NCBI GenBank assembly: GCA_002269645.1 | Contig: NIVC01001503.1 | Span: forward strand, 186,001 to 250,000 | DNA: 64,000 bases | Origin: Macrostomum lignano | Lineage: Eukaryota | Direction: 5' to 3' | Part shown: piece by piece, positions 39,727 through 51,422 of the stretch | How positions within the stretch are numbered: position 1 is the first letter of the stretch | Layout of the letters: each line of letters opens with the position of its first letter | Made by a program: the position numbers and the translations under genes | Notes under the pieces: generated by a model | What the model saw: only the letters and a program-made list of their open reading frames with translations | Told to the model about the DNA's origin: nothing | Databases searched by the model: none

Positions 39727-42700
39727 CTACTGCTGCTCGGTCATGTGACTGTTGAGAGCGCGAAGGCCGTAGAGTAGGCTGGCCTGCATCCTGGAGTCCA
39801 TGATCACCAGGTTCACGTGCACCTGGAGGATGGTGAGGGGATTTTATCAACCATGATTATAATTGTGCACGGGGTAAACGGCCGGAGTAGAAATGTGTGC
39901 ATCTTCATAAGCAAATGCCTCGTTATCTAATTAGTGTAAAGGCAGTTCTTACCTTTTCAGACTGCCTGAAGCCGGGCATGGCGCGCTTATAGTGGGCCTT
40001 AGTAACCTGGTCTGGACAGCAGGCCACCAACTTGCAGTACTTCTTCAGGTCGATGTTAAGCAGCTTGTTAATTAGTTGATAATCATAGTCGTCGTGCCTG
40101 AGGCCGAATATGCTCAGTATATAGTACCAGATAGCCCGCCTGAATGGCGTGGTCTCTACGTCCTGATTGGGGCCCATTGTGCCGTAGGTGAGGCTGGAGC
40201 AGGCCTGGAAGCGCCGGTTCAGCTCCGTGCCAAAGGCTGGCAAGAAGCGGTCAATGAGGCAGCTGCCGTCCTCCTCCCAGGAGTAGTCTTGGATGCGGAA
40301 GCTGTGGCACTTGGTGTCCTGCTTAACCTGATGGAAGTCTTTGTACTCAAAGCTGGGATCGTCGCAGAAGTTGGCGAGCTCGGCGCAGACCTGCTCAACA
40401 CTGCTGTCGCTTAGTTGCTCTTTAGAGGCGGCCTTGTGAAATCGAATACCGGCGGTCTCCTCTTCCATGGTCTCGAATCGTTCGAGCAGCTGGTCCTCGG
40501 GCAGGCTGGAGTCGACTGTACCATCAATGCTCTTCATCGCCTCCATGAGGTCTAGCACTCGCTGCTTTGGGTCAGCCTGGCAGGCGAGGGGAGGGTACGG
40601 GGATTAGGAATTAACGATTTTGATTAACTGCTTATCACATGCTTAACTCAATGATGCTAGCTAGATAGTTTCGAATTTGAATTCCTTCTAAAGCCTTTAT
40701 TTGCTTGTTAGAGCACAGCTTCATGAAAAAAGAAAGAAAAGTGCAAATCAAGATTGAATAGAAGGAAGGGAGGTCAAAGAGAGGATGAAAGATAGGAAAA
40801 GGAATTAGGATTTGCATCTAGCATGAGGGAGAGAGTACGGCAGGGCCGAGGAGGAGACAGACTGTACAGCGCAGGCAGTATGCAGAAGTGGAAAAAACCC
40901 GGGGATTTTCCACAAGCCTTTCGCAGTCGGCATTTGCCGAGAGAAGCAGAGTGGGCATCGGAGCTTCTATCTCTCACTCTTTAAGACGAGAAAGGGTGCA
41001 TTGCGTAGGCGGTAAAGCAAACTAATATTATTAGCACACAAGCTGAACAGTTATGGCTACATTTCGCAGCAGTTTTACGTTTTTCACTAAGTATTTAGGT
41101 CAACATAAGTTGATATGATTTGCATGTTCAAGGCTAATTAGTTTACCATCAAGTTGTTTAGAAATGATAGACATTCTAAGCGAAATATTGACAAAGCTAT
41201 ACAATAAAAGTTCATTTTCAAGTACTAATTACGGCTGCTCACCCCCGGGCTAGACGGCGCCGGACTTGCCGGTACACCGCAGCTGCCGTTCATGCTGCCG
41301 CCGGCGCTTGCGTGCAGGCCAAACCGGTCTGCGCCGCTGTCAAACTGATAGGTGTGGCCGTGCGGAAAGTCCAGCTCCGGCCGGACCCCGGTGCCGGCCA
41401 CGAAGCCGGACAGGGCGATGAAATGGGACAGCAGGCAGAGGGCGTGGACGAACTCGCTTTGAGAGTAGGAGTCTGGCCCGGACAGCAGGCTGCGGAGCAC
41501 GGCCGGGGTGACGTCCCACGGCCGGTGGGCCAGCAGGCGGCACAGCGGGCCCAACTTGCGCATCTTGGGCGAGGCGTGAGCGAGGCCGCGCAGCCACTCC
41601 GGATCGCCGGACAGGTGCAAAAATTCGATAGCGTGCAGGTGCACCAGGTAGGAGCAGCGGTGTCTCGCGGCGGCCTGTTGATAGTAAACATTAAGAATTC
41701 AGCTGATCAAATAAATGTTTTAACAAATGATGAGCAAACCTGCTACTTACTGCAGATTAATTGTCTTTCTCTAAGCTTTAAGTTTCTATAAAACTGTATT
41801 CTATAATCATTGGAGAAAAGTCATGGGAGCTGGGAACTCACCATGATAGCCAGGTAGTGACGCTCGGCAACGCCAATAGGACCATTGCCTTGCAGCAGAG
41901 TATTGTGGAACTGCAAAAATATGGCCAGGTAGTCCGGGTGATAGGCCATAACGTGGAACATATTGCAGCACCTGTGCCATTCGTGGAACTGTTCCAGCAG
42001 AAGCGCCTGACTCCGCTCCACCTGCTCCTGGTCGAGCTCGTGAGCCGACAGGGCTACAAGGTTGCCAGCCGTCGATTCACCGGCGGCGCCGGCGTCCTCG
42101 TCGCCGTCGCCATTCAGCGTATTGTAATGGCGTCGCCTAGGCAACTGTTGCGGCTGCATAGTCGGATCGAGTGGCACCAGGTCGCATTGCTTGATGAAGT
42201 TCGAAGCTCGATCGATGCGTGGCCTGGGCACTCGCATGTTCAACGAATCCTGCAAAGACGGTGGAACAGCGGCGTTGTCCACTGCGTCAGCTGATGCCGC
42301 CTTGGCGCCATTGGCCAAGGGCTTGCCAAATTGTTCGCTATCTCTGCTACGACGCAAGCTGTCCCGATACCGATCGGCCAGCATTCTGTAATACTCTGTA
42401 TCCGCTCGGCTCCACTCTTTGTTACTAGCAGAGCTCCGTTTGCGCCCAACGTTGGCGCCTAAACTACTAGACAGACACGCAGTGCAGGCAGTGCAGGCAG
42501 ATTCAGTGGGCTTCTGTGGAGAACGCTTTCTTCGACTAGTCTGCCTTATAGGCATTGACTCGGTGGCTGCTTCTCTAGTCATTGGAAAACTTTCTGAGAA
42601 CCTTTGCAGGCAGACAACGCTTGATATAAAAAGTAAAGGTAATCTAGTCAATACACGATTGGGTTTTGAATCATGCAAACTTAGGGGACAGCCCTTTAAT

Positions 42701-45700
42701 AGGTTTCTGAAACAAGGGAGGTGAGGTGGGCGTTAAAGGTTGAAAGACTCAGGGCGCAAGGCCTTCAGCGGCATTGTTCTTGCATGACCCTACAGGCCTA
42801 CAAGGTATAACACAACCAGAGAAATTTCATCAGCTATGGGGTTTATTGCGGGGAATTCCAGTGCGGGGTTGCCCAAGCCCAGGGCGCGACCTTGAAGAGG
42901 GAAGGCGAGGAGCAACGCTATTGGCTGGGACAGGCAGTAAACAGGCCAGGGGGGTTGGGGTGGTGAGTTAGAAAAGTTTAGAACTGACGGCAAAGCATGC
43001 ACGAAGCGAATGGTCTTGCGAATTTCAACTGACGCGACCTCTCAGTTTCAAAACCAAAGCCTTACTTTACTACCTCACTCGCCCACCTATGCTTGGCATT
43101 TTGTTTTTGTCAAATCTAATTCTCCATTATTAGCTAGACTACAGCTTCAATATGAATTTTATCATAGGTGATGACCTAATAATTGCTCGTATTTGTACTT
43201 TGCAGACAAAAAACAACCCCAAGGCTCCAGTGGCGGCGGCTAGGGGAGGGGCGAGGACGACTGACAAGTTGAGAGTTGACATTGAAAGAAAAAATGTTTG
43301 CATGAACCCAAGGACCGGAGGGGAACGAAGCAATAGCTTGTTTTACACCCAAAATGCACTAGACTAGAGAGAGGGAGTACCTTAGCGTAGAAAATGGTAA
43401 GAACTGTTTTAGCCTTAACTGCGATTATACCTGTAAACCAATAATCAGTTATTGTAGTGCAACTGATCTAGTTTATTTCACCTGCAGACATGCTTGTACT
43501 TTTAGTTGGAAATTTAGCACTTATTAAACTGGCTAACTTGACTTTACTTGACTGGCTAACTAAACAAAGCAAAGTAAAGTTCCGAAGATAAAAAGATACG
43601 AATTGACAGACACATTAAAAATAAGCAAATTGTTATCAGCTAATTCCAAAGCTAGGGACCAAAATATCTCAGAGACAGAAGTACTTTTGCATCACGCTTA
43701 TACAAAATGAGCTGCGGAATTCAACTTCAGTAAATATTATTTTCAACTGCACTTATTTTCCATTTTCCATGTTAAGAAGTAAGAACTGTACTTAATCACT
43801 CTTAATAATAACAAACGTTTTTTGACCTACAGATGATTCATGAATTTGCACTCAAACTAATACAAGACAGGGCACACAGTGTAGTGGCATTTATTGCTTT
43901 ACAATTATTTAATCATTTCTATTTCTTGCTCGAAAACAAAACTGAAGCCTCGACCTCGACCTTGAATCGTGTTTTAATGATGTTTACAGCCTATTTTTCA
44001 GCTATAATACTGTGTATATACGTACTATTATATGTATTGGATTTAGAATTTTTAACTCGAGGGTCAGTGGACCATCTCTCTTGACCCCCTCTGGATTTGA
44101 CATTGTAGCAATTCGTGACAAAACAACATTAGTGGATTTGTTTAGGATAGGAATAGCCTGGTGCTGGGATTATGGAATGGGGATAATCACTGTACATAAA
44201 CAGTGCACATCATGCTAGATGCATTCAGCTTCAATTAAACTAACAATTTTAGCCAACCCATCATGTTCCTCTCCCGCTTTTTAAATCTTTCTTTAAGTTG
44301 ACGTAAGTATAGAAAAAACAGTTACTGGCTCCGCTACTTGTACTTTTAATTATCTATAGCAACATTATAGACTGTGCAAGCCGGCTTAGTTTATATTATA
44401 CCTCCCTGCCCCAGCCAGGACTAAGCCTTCTATAATCTACAAACTTTCACTCCTACTGACTTTAGTTCAGTCAGCTTCCATAACTCTTAGTCCTAGCCCT
44501 AGTAGAGTCCTATATAGACCAGAAGTGTCTATTATAAGTTCTGATCCGACTCTGCCCTTACATAGCTGAAATAATTTACTCATTCTTCACTCCAGGGTCT
44601 AACCCCCTTCTCTCTCTACTCTTCGCTCTTAAAGCCTTTTTACCACAGGCATAAAGTTTCTTTTCCGTGGTACTACCGAGACGGAAATACAATGGTAGAT
44701 TGCGTAGTAGGTAAGGGGCTGAAATAATGGCCAAACACGAGTGCGCGTAGCGCGTAATGCGCGTAGCGCACGAGTGTCTATGGCCATTATTTCAGCCCCT
44801 TACCTACTACGCAACGTCATTGTCTATAAGACACAGCCTGGCCATTATTTCAGCGTGCCGGAAGCGGTCATTATTTCAGGGTAAGAGTCTGCGTGCGTGC
44901 GACTGCGTAAAGAGGGCGGTGGTTGGGCCATAGACTATAAATAAAAAAGCTGTTGGGCCATAGACTATAAATGAATAAGCTGATGATAGGCTTGAGCTGA
45001 CGAGAAGTAGAGATAGTCGAGATCGAGGATTAACAGAGCTGTCTTTTCTTTTTTCGGCTATGGCGCTTATCAATTGGTCGCATCTTCCCGTGGACAGCCT
45101 TAACGGAGTATCTAGATATGAGTTAGAACTACTATCCAAGCTAAGTGCAAAGGAGCATCAACAGGATGTAGAATTGAGTTCATTTATCAAGTGGCTCGAA
45201 GATCCACTGGCTGATTCTGGAGACTTGCCGGAGCTGCCTCCCGCTGAAGATGGAGTCAACCTTGACGCCGTGGAAATCCAGTCGTTGCCAAGAACGTCTA
45301 GGGAGCAAATGATGCGACATGGTGGAGCCTTTAAAAAGTTCCATTCCCTTATGCCAGTTAATATATGAATACTTTAACTAATCGTCTATGGTTCAAACGT
45401 CTGTTAAAGCTGAAATAATGGCCAGTTGAGTTTGTCATTACGCCAGGCTGTGTCTTCTGGACAATGCCAAACCCTAGTCCCTAAGGCTGCATATGGTGTA
45501 TATAGCTACATGTAAGCCTATATACAAACATAACGCACAAAAGTACAGTGCAAACTAAAAATCCATTAAAGAAAGGTAGACGGATTTGGCTAGTCGAGTC
45601 TAGCTAGCATCGAGTCGAGTCTAGTGGTGCATCAATATAGGAATAGAAAACGTGAACAGACAAAAGGCGATACAATGAATGTAGCTAACAAAAAATTCAT

Positions 45701-47690
45701 AGTTAGCAGACAGGCCTGACTAGAGGAGCTAGACTGACTATCTTAGGAAAACTTTCTTATTTACTACTTTAGCTCGAAGTTAAACTTTAAAGAGACAACT
45801 CGTGTACAGATTTTAGAAAGTACATATACATGCAATAATTTTCCACTTTGAATACAACAGAAATAACTAATCAATAATTTACTGCATTACTAGGGTAGGA
45901 TATAATTCACCCCATCAAAGTTGTTGATCACTAAGTTAAATATAGCATAGCTAAAACGTCACACAATATAGTGAGTTGTACCCAATTTTACTTGTACATA
46001 TAGATAATATAATATGAGCTATAATACAGTAATTAATGTATGCAATAAAACAGCGAAGTTAATTACGTCGGTTCACTTACTAGGTAATAGTTTGGTTGGA
46101 TAATATAAATAATGATGATGGCACTGAGAGAGAATAGTAATAAACACTTGCGTATATAAGTAAAGTCTAGGGCAATGTATTTAGGCAACAGGGTACGTAC
46201 GTAGGTTACAGGTGGGGTAGAAGGTTGAACTTGAAATTCTGGATCTCACCACTATTAGACTGCTGAAACACAGCTTAAGATAAATATTAAAGTGGTGAAA
46301 CGTATAATAAGAAAAGGACATTTAATTAGCCGGGGGTGTGTCCGCGAGGGACCAATCAGCGCCCGAGTATGCACACTGTACGGCCTTCGGGTGTGGTCGC
46401 CCCACCAGTATTAAGTGCGTACGTGCATTTAGTGTTTTTGGAAAAAAAGACAGGCGGGCCAGGGAGGGGGTTGATGAGAACTTGACGGCCTTGAATAGTT
46501 TTGGGGCAAGGAAAGGCCAGGGGAGCCTGCTGTAGGAAATAAGACTGATTCTAAAAATAGCCACATTCATGAGCGAATAAAGCAAGGACCACACACAGGC
46601 ATGACTAATCAGAGGAAAAGTCGAACCGAGCTAGGCCTCTGATTATTATTGCGCACAATTAGTGAAAAGTACAAATATAGGACGGAGGCTACGAAACAAA
46701 AACACGTATCATTACTCGCACCCGAGCCTTGTAAACAACATGCAGTTGCAGATCCAATCAAACTGAACTGAACGCAACAATATTGCAGTGAGACCAGCAA
46801 GGAAGGCTTGGTGGAATAAGACTAAGACAAAAATGAAAGCCGTATACATGATAACCGTAAACACTATAGATTTTCTTACCAAAAGTTTGGGACACGCCCC
46901 CCCCCCCCCACATAAAAAACTGGCACTCCCTACGCCTATGTATTAATTAAGGAAGGCCTGTAAATAAGTGAATAACAAATAAATTATTCGGCGCAAAATA
47001 AATAACAGATTGGGAAAAATAACATACAGTACCCAATAAACAGCTAAATCCGCTTTAACTCACGCTGTCGGCTGCCGCGGGGCACACAAGTTAAGCTCTT
47101 CTTTAAAGATTCAAAATCCATAACGCGTGAACTTGTAAAGGAACTACGAGCATGCAAAAGTGCCGTCACTTCGTGGCATGCTGATCACCTCGCCATCACC
47201 AACCGATTGATTGAACTAGCCTAACTTTCATGGGACAGCCGAATCACGAATGACATTGCTTTAACTTCTGCGCCCCGCGTGACAGTGACAGCGTGCGCGA
47301 GTAAGGGGATTAGCTGTTCGCGAGTAAAGCCGAACAACATTAGCTTAAATTTTTTACCTGGACAAAGTCGAGCAGCTCGCTTGCCTTCTCACGAGTGTCA
47401 GCCAGAGGCGCAGCCTTGGCAAGCCGCAACAATTCAGGCAGCTGTTCTTCAATGTTTCGCCTAAATGATGGATCTCCACCTGCGAGACTTAAACTGTCTA
47501 AGTACTGAGACTCGGTTTGAGTAGGCGGCGAACCAAGTCCATGGTACCACACTCGAAATGTGGTCTGGCACTGGGAAACAGTGTCTTGTCTAACATTTGG
47601 TTCCCTAGATGATAGACTCCGAAGCATTGAGATTGAGTCAACAGTTCTATCAATTGGCAAGGTTGATGGCTCCGTGTAGCTTTCTGCCAT
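39727..47690 (-). CDS. SESN: Sestrin (PA26 family), 5 exons: 47358-47690, 41842-42249, 41243-41674, 39953-40576, 39727-39822 (~630 aa)
   Basis: SESN1-long-type N-terminus (LPELLRLAKAAPLADTREKASELLDFVQ|DSLNMRVPRP), HPDYL…RHYLAIM|AAARHRCSYLV, LAHRPW, YSWEEDG, SLTY, RRAIWYY…DDYDY, SEK|VHVNL…RMQASLLYGLRAL. All junctions are phase 0 GT-AG. Confidence 0.93.
39872..39936 (+). pseudogene. 65-nt 28S rRNA-derived fragment, copy B, inside the 130-nt last sestrin intron (antisense in the pre-mRNA)
   Basis: GGGTAAACGGCCGGAGTA (17/18 match) + 22 diverged nt + CAAATGCCTCGTTATCTAATTAGTG (24/25 match) to the same 28S segment. Confidence 0.75.
44700..45466. mobile_element. Putative non-autonomous DNA element with a terminal hairpin and sub-terminal inverted repeats (Crypton-like?), in sestrin intron 1
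   Basis: 34-bp perfect inverted repeat 44700-44733/44781-44814. cattgtc…aagacacagcctgg and ccattatttcagc (44818-44855) are inverted at 45409-45466. Internal 102-aa ORF 45060-45368. Confidence 0.5.
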
Positions 47691-50600
47691 TGTATATTTT
47701 TTATTAAAATTCCAATTTTCTGAAATAATATCAAAATAATCTTATTTAAGAGTATATTTTATAATGGTAAAAAGTCTTTATGCTTTGTTTTTATATAGTA
47801 TATTTGAGTTGGCAGATATCTATAAGGAGATATACATTAAACCTAGCTAGCTAGTCCACTCAGCTTTGAATATGAGATATAGCTCATACTAAGCTATAAA
47901 ATCCTATATAGTTTGAACTCACTCAAGAGAACAAATGTTAATCAAAATATCAAAAAGGAAAGCATATCTCTACATATAAAAATCAAAACTCTGTGTGTCT
48001 GTGTGTGGACAATTTTGATTGCTATGGACTCCTAAGCTGCTCAAACAAATTATACCATAATATATATATTATTGTTTACATCATTATGCTATTGCTATAA
48101 TGATATTGCATATATTAGAATTGATTTTTAAAAGACAATCTATGTACTATCAATGATTTAATATGATATCTAAATACTTTTAAATATAAATCTAAATATA
48201 TATATAATTCTTAAAATTTATACTAACTTTTACTAACACTACCATTGCATATAATAGGCCAATATAGGCATATATAATGCCAAGTTTATCAAGGACCTTT
48301 TAAATGCACTAGATTTTTGCATTTTATATGCAAAAAGATTGCAAAAAGATATGCAAAAAGATTCAAAAAGATATATGTACTAGATTTTTCTAGTGCATTT
48401 AGTGCCACATATACTCCTATACATTAAAATATATAACACACGTTAAAATAGTTTATGCAAAAAATAGAAAGATTCTACCTATAATGTTGAAAATAAAAAC
48501 TTACTATTATTTACTAAGTTGTTAGTTCTATTTATTAAAAGTAACTATTTGCTAGTATTATATTCTAAAAGCACTTTATTTAGATAGTCTTATAAAATGA
48601 CCCGCAGCTATACAATTAACTGATTTAATTTAGCAAAAAAAGAGCCATTGGCATTTATATAACTTTGTAAACACTAAATTAAAGATTTTAAACAATTTAT
48701 AACTAATAATCATTATCTAATACTAGACTTATATGTATATGTGTCTTGTTAATTATAATGTATATAGGTCTATACCTAGATATACAAGCTTATAGTTAAT
48801 GCTTATTTTTTTTAATTATTTTTTGGTTAAATGAAATTTTAATTGGATTTAGTTAATTAATAACAAAACAATTATTTTTTTGCAATAAAGAAATCATATT
48901 TGGGCCTAACCCATTGGCCTATCTGTCCATGGTATAAGTTATAACCCTACTCCTAGGGTAGGCCCATATTACAAAAAGTTGGCCTACTAATCCCATCAGG
49001 ACATTACCAAGGCCAGGACATTTATTTGTGGGGCTGCATACCATAGTTCAGATCGTGTATTAGTGTATGCTGGAAAAAATGACGAGACCTCATTTGTAGG
49101 CCTATGCCAGGTTTGTGCACAAATACAAAAAATTGTCATTTGGCACAATGTATCTGCTATGTCATGTATACCAGGATATATCCTGATGTACGCTGAAAAA
49201 TGGTAAGACCCTTGTTGTACACCGGGAAATCCCAGCAAGCATGTTCCCCTTCCGAACTATGGGCCCTACATATCTGTAAATTAGTAGTAGTAGTAAGAGT
49301 AAGAGAATTTGGCTCAGGCAATTAGCCTGTTTGGCCAATATATTATAGAGCTATGTATTTGGAATTTTCGAATATAGAAGTTTATAAAGACGATTTGACG
49401 ACGATTTGCTGAGTTATTGTAAAAGATAAAGTATTTGAAAGCGCGCCAGAATTTTTACGGTATTTTTAGACGAAAAGTGACGACTAACAACTAACGAGTA
49501 TAAATATTAATACAAAAATGAGTACAAATTACGAGGTATAGCTTTAATTGCGAGATTACTTTGGTAAGCGAGTTTGTAAAAAAAAAAGATGTAGTATTTT
49601 TGAAAGCGCGTGATATTTCAAAGCGTGAAAAACGAACATAAACAATACTTCGAAAGAATTTTACTTTTAACGAATAACGACGATTTAAATATAGGAAATT
49701 AAAAAAGACAGTAAATGAATAAACAACTGAAAAGCGGATTTGTTACACTGCTGATGTATCTGATTCAGTTTGTTTAACTGTTTTAGCTATTCATGACTTC
49801 ATATATTTTAGCTACACCAGTGAGCTCTTTAAAATTAAATTACTTAAAACTCAAATTTAAATACTATGCCTATGGGAATCATAGCTATACTAGTTTAGAA
49901 TTAACAAATTACCTAAGTCAACTATGCCTAGGATATTAAAATAAGACTGGGCCTTAGAATAATCAATATCAGCATCAAAAAGTGTATGCCAGTCACAAAT
50001 ACGAAGGAAGGTAGATTAAAAACAGTTTTATACACCGACGCACGTTCAGCACGTATCGTTCCTGTCATTGTTCTATAAGTTCGTCGAAGGGGGAGTTGAG
50101 TGGAGTCAACTGTAGCTAAATAACTGTCACTGTCAGACTGCAACACTTAACAGTTATAGGCTATAGCCATAGCCATTCTTACTCAAGTCTCGAGTTACTG
50201 TCATTGCTAAAAATAAAGTTTCCACGAACGGACTTGAGAATATATTATTTAAACTATGAAATATTTATAGAGCACAATTGCAGTTTGGAAATAAAACAAA
50301 TTATGATTTAGTTTTTGTGCCTTGTCTACTGTTTAACCGTAATTCCTTCTAGATAGTTTTTTATAAATAGTTCTTTTTACTCCTAATTCTTTAATACGAA
50401 CACCCACGATTCGAACTTACATCGTCTTTAGTGTGATTGCTTTTGAACAGTAGTTTATCAAACGATGGAAGTGCTGATAAGTATTAAAGAATTAAATTTA
50501 CACTAAACACCATGGCAACGTTTTAGGACTTTGGAAGTGAGATAACTCCAGTTGGGAGAGTCTAAAAGCCAAAAATCCGTTTATTTTTTTACATGTATTA

Positions 50601-51422
50601 GCCTTGTTGCAAATAAATCGAGCTATTTGATTCACAAGTATTACGTCACAATACAAAACAAGTAAAGAAGTCATCATTCCCAACGCCATATTTTATTGAC
50701 CCTGTTAAGTGTGGACGAACATGACTTCGGATATTAAGATGCGAAGGTGGGTCCGCTTAGCAGTCTAGTGTATTGACTTTGAATAAAAACGAGAAATTTT
50801 TTAGTTTTGAAGCTTTGAAAGCTAGACTAAATGTACTAGCGCAACAGCAAATTTTAAGTGTGTCAAGTGTATATTTAGAATAAAAGTAACCGGTTTTGTT
50901 ATATGCTCGTTCCCAGGTTTTTAGTGCAATCGCTGTTCATAGATTTGCAGGAATATAAGTAGAGTAGAATGCATATAAACACAGTGAAATATTCAAGATA
51001 CACAATTCGAACTAATTAAGACATGACAATCAATAAAAACATGCAACACTTTTGGCAGTTGGATGAATTGTTTGTAGTGACTAAGAAAGTGATAGCAATC
51101 TATACGCGCATAGTTCAGAATTCGAAACCTCGGATATTGCAATTCTGAGATTTTTGTTGCCAAAACCGTGTAATGAAAATTCTATGCTGGTTTATGTACG
51201 AGCGTAAATAGCCTAATAAATGAAAAGAATGACAAAAAATAACAGGATAACAGAAAGCATGGTAATGATCAGCAAATAGTGAGCATAGATAGAAAAACTG
51301 AACAGAAAAACAGAATTCAAATAGCAGATAAAAACAGCAAAAGAAAGTAACTAACGACAAATAAATGGTATTCACACAGTCACAGAGTCCAAAATGGATA
51401 CCACGAGTGAGTTGAATTTCAG

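Noticed and set aside
39823-39952. Canonical intronic snoRNA guiding 28S modification
   Set aside because: No CUGA box D or clear H/ACA boxes, and the complementary stretches look like a direct rDNA-derived copy rather than guide pockets.
48996-49238. GVQQG motif suggesting a LINE reverse transcriptase relic
   Set aside because: Only one short motif; no YADD or other RT blocks could be traced.
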